Part shown: one piece after another, positions 21,696 to 31,900 of the stretch | Layout of the letters: every line of letters begins with the position of its first letter | Position numbering within the stretch: the first letter of the stretch is position 1 | Assembly: GCA_964035575.1 (NCBI GenBank) | Contig: OZ037833.1 | Span: 62,001-126,000 of the forward strand | Length of the DNA stretch: 64,000 nt | Direction of reading: 5' to 3' | Origin: Rhynchopus sp. YZ270_cl-10 | Taxonomy: Eukaryota | Made by a program: the position numbers and the translations under genes | The notes under the pieces: model-generated | Database searches by the model: none | What the model was told of the DNA's origin: nothing | Seen by the model: the letters and a program-made list of their open reading frames with translations, nothing else

Positions 21696-22020
21696 GAGCC
21701 TCCCAGGGAAAGGGACTCTCGAAAATTTTTTTTTGCCCCCGTTTAGGGCTAATTTCGACGATTTGAGGCCATTAAAAGCAAAATTTGGCACTTTTGAGCA
21801 TCTGTGGGGGTCTAAAACGCAGTTTAGAGTACCACAATTTTTAGTGGGTTTTACCGAAAACAAGTCAATTTTTGGGCCGAAAAAAAATTTTTTTTGACAT
21901 CACAAAATTGCCCTTGGTGGGCCTATGTGTCCTCAATGAAATGCAAATATAGCTATTTTTAACTTTCACACACAATTTTAACGGGTTTTACCTGTGTACC
22001 TGTGTATCTGTGTACCTGTG

Positions 22021-22124
22021 ACTGGGTACTGGGTACTGGGTACTGGGTACTGGGTACTGGGTACTGGGTACTGGGTACTGGGTACTGGGTACTGGGTACT
22101 GGGTACTGGGTACTGGGTACTGGG
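22021..22124. repeat. (TACTGGG)~15 microsatellite, G-quadruplex-competent
   Basis: Direct read of the sequence. Confidence 0.95.
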
Positions 22125-24089
22125 CACCCAGAGAAAGCACCTTAAAAGCAGCGAAGGCGCAGGTTACGGGGAAGACAAGGTATGTAATTATGTTTAACTT
22201 TCAGTTACTAGTGAAGATTGAACAAAAAAATGCCGCATATTTCAACTTGTTCGTGTTTTCAACTCGAAATAAACGCGTAATGTTCACACTATTAAATAGC
22301 TATTTTTTTACGCACCAATCATTTTGTGTCACCTCATGACATGAAGGAGGAAATAGAAACAAAGCATTTTGAACACACTTGCGGTTCTGGGGACGAACCG
22401 CGCTGCAGAGCCACTCCTCAGGTCGAGGTGTGTGCGTTTCACCACAACCTCTCCCATGGGTTTTATCGTGTGATGAGTGTTACGTTTCTATTTGGTTCCA
22501 CAGGCGCTCGTTACCTGCTTCACATAATTCACCTCGCTTCACTCGAACCATTTGTGCAGCAGGTCACTCTCTCGACCTGTAGCGTGGAAAAAATCTATCT
22601 TATTTCACGGCAATAAATAGCCTTTTTTATTAACCTCACCTTTCCCGACTACTACGTTTGTATACCATAACTTAATCACACCCCACATTTACACTTATAC
22701 AGGATCGTGAAGTCTGAACTGCACCCGCGATTGCGATGAGAAGCTTCACCGCGGTCCGACATTCAACAACTCAAAATCTACCCGCATCAATCTATTCTGA
22801 TTTTGCGGACGAAGATCTGGGTGGAGGGGGGTGGGTACACTTAGTCAGTCACTGCTATAGCCATTAACCAAGGGAGCATAGCTAGTGCAAGAAATTCGAC
22901 TTTGGAAACCTTCCGGAAAGTCTGTCCTCTGCTTGCGGAGGACTAGACACAAGAAAATATTGCGTTCCCCCAGAAAACCAGTGCACATTTCACACTCCTT
23001 GTGGGTGGTCTTGTTGCCTTTTTTGTCAACAGTAATTTTGGCCCAGGCATGCTCTTGAAGCATGACAATTTAGTGTGTATGGGGCAGGGTGTTGTTTTGT
23101 TCTGAATTCTCTTTGTTATAACATCTAAGTCAATCGCGGGTGGTGGTTTGTGTAGCGTGAGGCACTCTTTTTAACAAACTTCCTGCGGCTGCTAAAGTGT
23201 TATTTCTTCGGATTTAACAACGTACAGCGTAACATAGTGGATTAGCCTGGTCGACACAACCTTTGATAGCTATGGGATAACCAACCCCCTTCGACCCCTT
23301 GTGGGTTCACTGAACAAGCCCTAGTGGTAGTTAAACGCGATTGACATTTACATTCCTAAAGATGAAAGAACAAGACAACACTTCTGTACCCGCGCATCAA
23401 AATTGTGGAAAACTTTGCACCCCAAACACCCTCAACAACGCCCGCCAAAAGGCGCCCCTTGTTGCTGGGACTTGGTTCTCATTGATACACTGCACAGCAG
23501 GCATTCCTCTGAGTCCAACGCAGTTTGGCCTGTCTGCAGCGTTGCACCGAAGGTGCACGAAGACAGGGTCTGGTGGTAAATTTTGCGTCTCGCATTCCCT
23601 CAGGGAAGTTTAAAAACTCTTGAGCTCGGTTTGTTGTCAAAGAAATATTCCACCATGTATTGAGGAGGGTAAGACAGTGTTCGCAGTTTCTACTTGATAG
23701 CATTACAACATTTAACTTCTCCACGGGGGTCTTGGGCCGTTCACTCGGTTATACCTTGACTACCGGAAGATATTCTTGAGGCCTTTTTGGTCTCTAGAAT
23801 ATCCGGTCTTCCCGAACGGAGGCACACTTTGTGTGTTACTACGACCTGGCAATTTCCAGCAGTAGGTTAAGTAATCTTTCTTGTAAATTGTTGGATCATT
23901 ATCTCCTCAGTGCATGGTGGAAGACGTCTTTGACAACTAACCGAGCTCACGACTTTTTTCGGTATGTAACTTGGGATAGGCCCACATGATCATGGTCTAT
24001 CATGTGGTACCTGTGTACCACTCGGTTTGCTCCCAGGGCTTTTCGACCAGCAGTCACACATCCAAACAGTGATTTCCCACCTTAGACCA

Positions 24090-24148
24090 CGTAATTACGT
24101 ACCCTAGGGTACGTAATTACGGACCCTAGGGTCCGTAATTACGGACCC
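24090..24148. repeat. Right subterminal palindromic array of the CACG element
   Basis: cgtaattacgtaccctagggtacgtaattacggaccctagggtccgtaattacggaccc. Confidence 0.9.
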
Positions 24149-24317
24149 GGGTCCGCACTTGAGGGTCCGTAAAGAGGGTCCGTAAAATTTACGGACCCTC
24201 GGGTGTGTGGACCCCGCCGTGTGGGACCACCTAAAGGGGGGGGGGGTAATAGACACTGAAAAATCTCGTATTTTCGGATTTTGGAAAAAGGGGGTAATAT
24301 AAGGGGGGGGGGGGGGG

Positions 24318-25450
24318 TAGGGGGGGGCAAAACCTTCAGGACGGGTGAGGCATTTTTGGAAAAAGTGGTTTTGTGAGCAAAAAACCTGTCAACACCCCTC
24401 ATACCCCCCAGAAATGGGTCAGAAACACCCTGAGACCCGAAAATCCATGATTAGGGCACCTCAGAATATGAAAAAATGGCCATTTTTTGAGAAAAAAATC
24501 AAAAAAACAGCAAAATTTCGAAATCATGACAGCTGCTTGGGCACGAAACTACCCCAAAAATGTCCTGTGAGTCCATTCCGACCTGTTTTGGACACTTTAG
24601 GCACTTGTTTTGGTGTTTTTTTTGGTGTTTTGAGGTCAAAAAAGATCCCCTGACTATCCCCTGGCAGCCCTGGGCCGCGACTTGCGCCCTGCTTTTAGAC
24701 CCACTCTGGGCCAAAAAAATGGGCGAAAACCTCCGAAAAAGCACTCTGGGAGCCCAGATAGTTCCAAATTTCCACCGCACACCCTCAAAAACACCTCAAA
24801 AACATGTCAGAAAAACATTTTCAAAAACACACTTTTTCAAATAAGTCATTATGGAACCTGCCCAGATGAACTTTTTGAAAAAAGTGTGTTTTTGAAAATA
24901 TTTTTCTGGCATGTTTTTGAGGTGTTTGGGTGGGTTTCTGGTGGATATATGGAACTATCTGGGTCCCCGGAGTGCTTTTTCGAGGGTTTTCACCCATTTT
25001 TTGGCCCAGAGGGGGTCCAAAAGCAGGGCGCAAGTCGCGGCCCAGGGCTGCCAGGGGATAGTCAGGGGATCTTTTTTGACCTCAAAACACCAAAAAAACA
25101 CCAAAAAAGGCGATAAATGTGTTCAAAACAGGTCGGAATGGACTCGCGGGACATTTTTGGGGCATATTTGTGCCCAGACAGGCCTAATGATGACAAATTT
25201 TTGCTTTTTTTTTTGAAATATTGGTCAAAAATGGCCATTTGACCAAAATGGCCCAAACGGCCAAAATGGTCTATTTTTGCTATTTTTTTCCATTTTTTTG
25301 TATCTCTGGGGTGTCTCACCTATAGAACACCCCCAAACCACACCCCAAAACCATCTCTGACCCGAAATTTTCGGTGGTTTGCGGGTACTTTGCACGTAAA
25401 TCCAAAAAAATCGAAATGCCTCAAAAAAATAGGGGTTTTGCCCCCACCTA
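24318..25450. repeat. Long imperfect inverted repeat (foldback), centre ~24857
   Basis: Arms ~24474-24848 and ~24866-25240 are clearly reverse-complementary, with weaker match out to 24318/25450. The ORF track shows mirrored peptides (e.g. SRAQVAAQGCQGIVRGSFLTSKHQK on both strands). Confidence 0.9.
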
Positions 25451-25475
25451 GGGGGGGGGGGGGGGTAATTGGCTA

Positions 25476-25704
25476 CACGACGGTGATGTACAGTACATTA
25501 CAAGTGAAGTTACATGTAACGTTACAAGTGAAAAACCGTTACAAGTGAGTTACAAGTGAGTTACAAGTGGGATACATGAATTACAGGCAAAATCAGGTTG
25601 TAACTGGTGGGTTACAAGTGAGTTACAAGTGAGTTACATGTAACAAAAGTTACATGTAACTCACTTGTAACTCCACTTGTAACACCCGTTACATCACCGT
25701 CGTG
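25476..25704. mobile_element. 229-bp MITE with CACG termini, 15-bp TIR and TA flanks
   Basis: TA|CACGACGGTGATGTA ... TACATCACCGTCGTG|TA; the interior is made of GTTACAAGTGA/GTTACATGTAAC repeats in both orientations. Confidence 0.85.
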
Positions 25705-26567
25705 TAGGGGGGGGTAATTGGCTCCCATTTAGACTGATACATTTTACAGAAAATGTAACCGAACTTCGGAAGCCAAAAAAAAAATACTTTTACATAAAAA
25801 TGTAAAAAGCACTTTTCCGTTTTCTCAACACATTCAAGTTGTGACAAAAAGAGAAAAGCAACGTACTGCTCTGAATGCTGTAAAGCATTCCTTTCTATAT
25901 ACGTTGCAATCCCCAAGCACCCGCATTGCAACCACGAAGGCATTGATATGAAAGCAAAACAATACAAAATGGCGCAGAAGTCTGAAGAGAGGTCAACATT
26001 TTGTTCTTTAGGACTTTCGTGGCGCTGTGTGATACACACTGCTACAAATTGAGCCGGAAAAAAACAGGTGAAAAAACCTTTGAAAGAAAGAGAAATTTGA
26101 TAAGAATAATTCCTAATTGTATGGCGCCATTCTGCTACCCATATATGGGTACTTGGGGTCTAAAGGGTTAAAAGAAAGAGAAATTTGATTACTTGTGGAC
26201 ACATCTCTTACACCTCTTGGTGTGCTCTTGGTGGACATAACGCGCAACGCCTCTCGCGGACGGTACGGTGTTATTGAACACCTGACATAACAACACACAA
26301 AACAAACACAACAAAAAAACGCAACGAAACAAAGGAATTTTGACACCAATAACAATATGTGTCCGACAAAACAGAACCTCTGCTGGTGGTGGGGCGGCAC
26401 CACGCTCCAGCCACGAAAACAAAACTAAACAGAGGAAGACAAAAAGGCTTATAAGATGAACCTAAGCCTCTCGTGCTTTAGTCACCTTACAACAAAAAAT
26501 CCGGGCACGAATGAGAAAACAAAAGGAAGAATTCTTTTTTGACTTGATTATGGTGTTCCCGAAAGGG

Positions 26568-26665
26568 CCCATATTGACATGTCCTTGACACAAGGTTTAC
26601 AGGGGAAAATGACACACCCGCCCTATATTGACATGTACTTGACATGTCGTTGACATGTCCCCGAC
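26568..26665. repeat. 11-bp-period TTGACATGT repeat cluster (possible transposon subterminal remnant)
   Basis: Copies at 26574, 26585 (variant), 26628, 26639, 26650. Confidence 0.6.
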
Positions 26666-28173
26666 AGCAGATCGGTAACACCAGATTACCGTAAATATAC
26701 AAAATTTACGATATGTGTTTTGAAGCACAGAAAGTATCGTGAAAAACAAAGCCGGGGGAGGGGATGCACAAGATGCGCGACCTCTCACAGAGGGTCTCGA
26801 GTATTTTGCCAAATACGATGAAGTAAAAATCAACGGGAAACGGGTTTTATTGTTTTTTTTTTTAGGACACAAAAAAAAAGGGGCAAACCAAAGGGGAAAT
26901 CTCCAACCCTTGACGCCGAGGTTGCACACTTCAAAGACCACAACTTTCCAAAGCAAAGGGAAATTTTTCGGCGTTACGTCTTTTTGAGTCAACCTTTCTT
27001 TCTGGGTAGAGGAGTGAACTGGGTGTATTCGCAGCACGGGGTGGAGGAGAACAGTGACGTTGAATTCATTCAACAAAAGTGAAGTTGGGCAGCAAAACAA
27101 ACAAAACACCATTTTCTAAAAAAAGCCTGAGTGATCATACAGTATCAGCAGGACGGCTTTCAGCAAAAAGGGGCCGGAGATAATATCATTTCCCCACAGC
27201 CTGAGTTTGAGGTCGTAATTTTTTTCCAAAAAATAGCGAGCTTTGTGACGCTAGCTACCTTCTTGCAGGGGTACTACTGGGAGAACAATAGAGAACAAAA
27301 AGGAATTCACACAAAAGAGAAGAGAGAGAAAAGAGCAATCCTTGAGGATCGATGTTCCTATCTCGTGCACATAACACCAACGAAAGCATAAACGGGGTGG
27401 GAATTGTGACGTTTTTTAAAAAGTGGGGCTTGAAGGTGAAAACGTCTCTGAAGCTAAGATAAGCGAAAGAAAGCCTCCTTAGCACAAAAAGACATTTACA
27501 AAAACAAGACTTTTGGAGAGAAGGAGGAGAAGGGAGAAGGAACGGAAAGACGGGGAAAAGGTAAATTTTCACAAAATGATGAGGTTTTTTGTGTTTCAAG
27601 AAAACACAGCAAAAACAACCCCTCATATTTTTGAGGTCACACAAACATAAACAAACAAATGAACTGGGAACAAAGAGGGAAAGGCATTCTGACACCTTTC
27701 TCAACACTGAGACTGGGGCAAAGCTCTGTTTGACATAAAAAGCTTCAGGAAAACATTGACTCTGATCTTCAAAGGTGAAAACACTACTGCGTCAATAGCT
27801 ATCTTCACCCACACAGGAAAAGAGGCCTTAGCTGCATGGAAGGGTGGAAGCGTACAACTAATATTCAATTAAAGGTGCTAATTCATCATATTATGCCCGG
27901 TAACGGGGGGGTGACTGGGAGGAATGTGAAGGCGGAAACCCATCAGATCCATCAAAAAAAAAAAGAACATTTCAAAACGAAAGAAAACTTTCAAGATGAC
28001 ATGCGTCTCATAGTACACACGCATCTGTTATCGTGCGGGAACACGCTAACAAAAAGAAGCGATTAGGATATTCGCAAACACAAGGGCTCCATGATGTAAA
28101 ACTGGAACACCCTTCTTTTCTACAAAATCTCTGAAAAAGCGAAAAAAACGCTCCTGAAAACGTATTCTTCACT

Positions 28174-28636
28174 TCACCGTCCTCTGGTCGCGACACGCCC
28201 TCCCACGGGTTTGAGACGCTGCCACGAGGACAGTGTGAGGTCGATGTTACCACAGGCGATCTGCACAACCGTTTTGAGCGTCTGGAAGGCGACCAGGTCT
28301 GCGACAAGGCAGATGGCGCACTGCGCGTAGAGGTGCAGCTCGCGTGGGCTGTTGCTGCTGCTGTCTGCCCCGACGTCGCTCCGTGCCCCAAGGAAGTACC
28401 CCGCCACACACAACACCGCCATCGCCACCATATGCAGCACGTACCCTACACTCTTCCACACGGGCGACAGCTCTGCGTCTCTCAGTCGCGTCACCCAGTT
28501 TGTTGCCTTGCGGGAGTTTGCCTTTGCGACCTGAATTTGAAGGGTTTTTGGGTGAGGTGCTGAGTGGGGGGAAACATACGTTGCTGATGGCCTCGTCTGA
28601 GACCACCGGCGCTGCGCAGTCTTCGAAGGTCACCAT
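28174..28636 (-). CDS. Small 2-TM membrane protein (137 aa; exons 28636-28580, 28530-28174)
   Basis: MVTFEDCAAPVVSDEAISN|VAKANSRKATNWVTRLRD.. is joined by a 49-nt GTATG..CAG intron. Hydrophobic segments VGYVLHMVAMAVLCVAGYFLGA and LYAQCAICLVADLVAFQTL. Confidence 0.75.
28531..28579 (-). other. 49-nt intron (phase 0)
   Basis: GTATGT...AATTCAG; restores the frame. Confidence 0.8.
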
Positions 28637-28721
28637 TGTGAAGGTCGGCCGCGTGCATTTCAGGAGACGTGCACCGACGAATCCACGAATCTGTTGATTG
28701 ATTTTTGGTTTTGCAGACAAC

Positions 28722-28760
28722 AACGCAGTGTAACGCAGCGTAACGCAGTGTAACGCAGTG
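28722..28760. repeat. (TAACGCAGTG)x4 tandem repeat
   Basis: Direct read of the sequence. Confidence 0.85.
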
Positions 28761-28907
28761 GTTGTTAGGAAATAATACAAACTGTAAGGATCGGACCTTT
28801 TTGGAATCGAAGGATGAATTCGTGTGTATAATTCGATAGTCTTGTATTTGTTTCCTCTCTCTCTTTTCTCCCCAACCTCTGCTCCCCGACTCCAATTCAA
28901 CCAACAC

Positions 28908-31900
28908 TCACAGACGGGGCCAAAACAAACTCTGCGTTTCAAATAAATAAGGGAGGATGCGTTCAATGAAATCATTTGTGTAGAAAAGTTTCGAGGATGT
29001 AGGTTTTATTATTTTTTGGTTTTTTTTGAAATTATTTTGCATACCCTAACACACTGCAACGTGAACGAATCGGCAGAGACGAACGTCGCCGCTGCGCCAA
29101 ACCAGGAGTCCGCCTTGATAAGCACCTCTGCACCAGTACCTATGCCACGAATCACCACGCCACGTGGCGGGGAGGTGACGTGGAGGGGTGGGTACGTGCC
29201 CTCCAGAAGGTTGATCGTATCGAAGGGGCGCACTGCCTGCAGCGCGTCTGCGAGGGAGGGGAAGGGGTTGGTCTCGGAGAGACCGAGCGCTGTGCCACCC
29301 ATCATGCCTGCGGTGAAGCGTGCCTTTGCTGCGAGGGTTGCGTGCAGGGGTTTCACGAAGAGCTGGCGGTTCCCGCCCAGAGGCGGCAAGGATATGCCAC
29401 GATCGCGTCCCCCTCCGCCACTGCGGGCACACACCGCTGCAGCCTCCTGCAAAAACGCCTTGGTCGCCACCTCACTCTGGTGTGCCTCCTGCAGTCTTGC
29501 CGCAACGTTCGCTGCAGGGCTGCTCTCCGTCAATGCCACTACCTGCGCCTCAAACGCAGCCTCAAAGTCCTCCTGCGGCAGACTCCCCACCTCACAGGCG
29601 TAGTGTTTGGAAAGCCGCCGTCCGTCGGAGAAGCTACGAAGAGGTTTGAGTGCAGTGGCTGCACCGGTTTGGAGGTTTTCCTCCATTGCTCCGGGGCGTG
29701 CTGCGTAGCGGAAGATGTGCGCTGCACGGAGGTAGTCGTGCACGTAGTTGACACTGCGTACTGCATCTGCCCAGGTCGGCAGGGAACGTCCTGCAGCCGC
29801 CATCTCTTCGATGTCGATGAGGTACGCAAACTCTGGGTCTGCCGCCGCCTCCCAAGACGTAGCATCGACAGCCGCGTTAGGTGCTGCTGCAGAGAGTAGT
29901 ACATCGATCTCTTCTGCGTTCAGTCCTAAAGCTTCTGATGCATAGTGCACGACCCATACACGGCAGCTGTCGCGTGTGATGAGAGGACGCAGCTCCGCAT
30001 CCAGCGCAGAGAGTGAGACGCAAAACATGTCGGCAGCGCTGTGCAGTTCGCTCTCTGATACCAATGCAACGGCCTGCGCCCAGGCGGCGTCTCTCTTCGC
30101 GTAGCCTTCCAGCTTCGTTTTGAGTGTTGTGGAGGAGACCCCGAAGCTGTCCTCTGTAATGTCGAGAAGCTCTGGCAGTGTTGTGTGCCCGCCGTGCCCC
30201 GCAAACCCACCCCTGCCCTGCGTGCACGCCATATAGACCAGGTGCAGGGCGAGTGCGGTGTTCCCTTTGTCCAGCTGCAGCTCTGCGAGGCCTTCGTATT
30301 CATCCCCCGAGAGGAGGAAGGCGACGCCACGTGAGGATGCAGGGTTGGAAGCCTTTGCGCTGCCATGTAGTCTCCTTAGGTGTGCATCGCGTGCAAGCCC
30401 TGCAGCGAGCGGTGCTGGGGAGTGCGCTGCAGCGTCGCCATGTGGGGAAGGTGCGTCCTCAAGAGATATAGGGAGGTTCGGCATGTCCTGTGGTGCATCC
30501 TCGGCAGCAAGCGCGGACAGCGCAGTAGGAGGGCTCAGCGGTGCGATGTCCTCCTCCTGCACGTCGTACGCATCGGAGACGATGCCCATAGCAAGGAGCG
30601 CGCCACGTAGGGCAGCGCTTTTGTCCTTATTGGCGAAGGGGTCGTCAGGGTCAGCATCGTCGTTGTTGTCTTCAGGTTTGTGTCGGTGCTGCAAAAACTC
30701 CAGTGAAGGTTGTGTCTGTAGATGCGGCGCCTGTTTGGGAAGACAGCCAGATAAGTTTGGTATGAGGTCGCGCTCCTCCTGTGATTGGTGGGTGCGGCGG
30801 TAAGGCAGGTCTTCGATGGCTGTGAGTGTTGTGGGTGTTGCTGGCTGGTCTGCGTCGGTGTCTGTGTCCGCTGCCGCTGCGGGCGTCTTCTGGAGGATGG
30901 AAGACAGCTTGCGCAGGGTGTTCCTGCGTGACTCTGCCTGTCCTGCAGTGTGTTGCTTGTGCTCCTCACTCCCGACGACACCAGCCTCAAAGCGCACCGC
31001 AGTGTCGCTTGCCTTGCTCACCTTGTTCTTGCGTCGGAACACCTCCAGCTCGGCCTCGCTGAAGTACGGTGCATGGTGGAAGAGGTACGCAAGGGCAAGC
31101 ACAGGGACTTCGCTGAAGAGGACCGTGAGGAGGACTTCCCATGCCTGAAAAAAAGGGGGGTGGAGTGGGAGATGGGAAACTATGTGGGGAATGTGTGGCA
31201 TACTACACGAAGCGCTTCAGGCTCAATATGCTCAAAGGGCGACCACACCGTGCGGAGAACCCCTGTGATGCAGAACATGGTCGCAAGGAGGACGTAGAAG
31301 GACTGCACAGACTGCATGCATGAGATTGGCGTCTGGCGGGTGAAGATGCGGACGAGGATGTGGTTCGTGAGGAAGTGCTTCGCGAGCGACACGCCCTGCA
31401 GCTCCTCATGCAGAAGCGACTGTTTTGGTGTATATTTTTCACTTTTGCATATATCCACAAAATACATACCAATGGATAAAACGGCATGGCATCCGCACTC
31501 TGCGTCATCAACGCACCTTGAGAATGACTCACTGCCTTCAGCGACGCCCTTCGCAGGACTGGAGAAAAGAGCGACTTTGCTCTGACCCGCGCCCGGTCCA
31601 TCTCTTGCGCCTCATTCTCCGGCTGTGGGAGCATGACCACTTCGGAGACTGGGTTGAAGCGTTCGAGAACTATCGTGAGCAGGTCACCACGGTGTTTGAT
31701 ATCCCATCTGTACGCTGCCCCGCAGCTGAGCAGGAAGAACGCTGCAAAGTATGCTGCCATTGGGATCTCAATAAGCGTCTCGCCGACTGCACCGGGCAGA
31801 TCGCTGAACTGGAACGGCGGGCCCAGAGGCGGCGCATTCGGAAGCAAAGGCACCTCATGCAGCGGCATCACCGCCACCACACCAGTACCCTGCGTCTCGC

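Larger units (their letters stand above)
21531..24221. mobile_element. ~2.7-kb CACG-terminated TIR element (CMC/CACTA-like), non-autonomous or decayed
   Basis: Left end CACGGCGGGGTCCGCACACCCCGAGGGTCCGTAAA matches the inverse of the right end TTTACGGACCCTCGGGTGTGTGGACCCCGCCGTG. TG flanks both sides (2-bp TSD), and both ends carry palindromic subterminal arrays. Confidence 0.75.
20666..25737. mobile_element. ~5.07-kb non-autonomous TIR DNA transposon (outer element) containing nested insertions
   Basis: Perfect ~31-bp TIRs TCAGTCTAAATGGGAGCCAATTACCCCCCCC (20666-20696) and its inverse (25707-25737), each flanked by TA. Recurrent G(n)TAAT subterminal motifs; no intact ORF. Confidence 0.8.

Noticed and set aside
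22021..22124. (TACTGGG)n as a telomere
   Set aside because: Interstitial, inside a TIR element, and not the TTAGGG repeat expected for euglenozoans
24345..25319. Paired similar ORFs on opposite strands
   Set aside because: An artefact of the inverted repeat, not genes
31203..31469. ORF-track C-terminus of the giant protein (VCILWIYAKV...LKRFV*) and a separate 29009..31201 gene
   Set aside because: Read-through into an intron; two GTATG introns join these pieces into one gene
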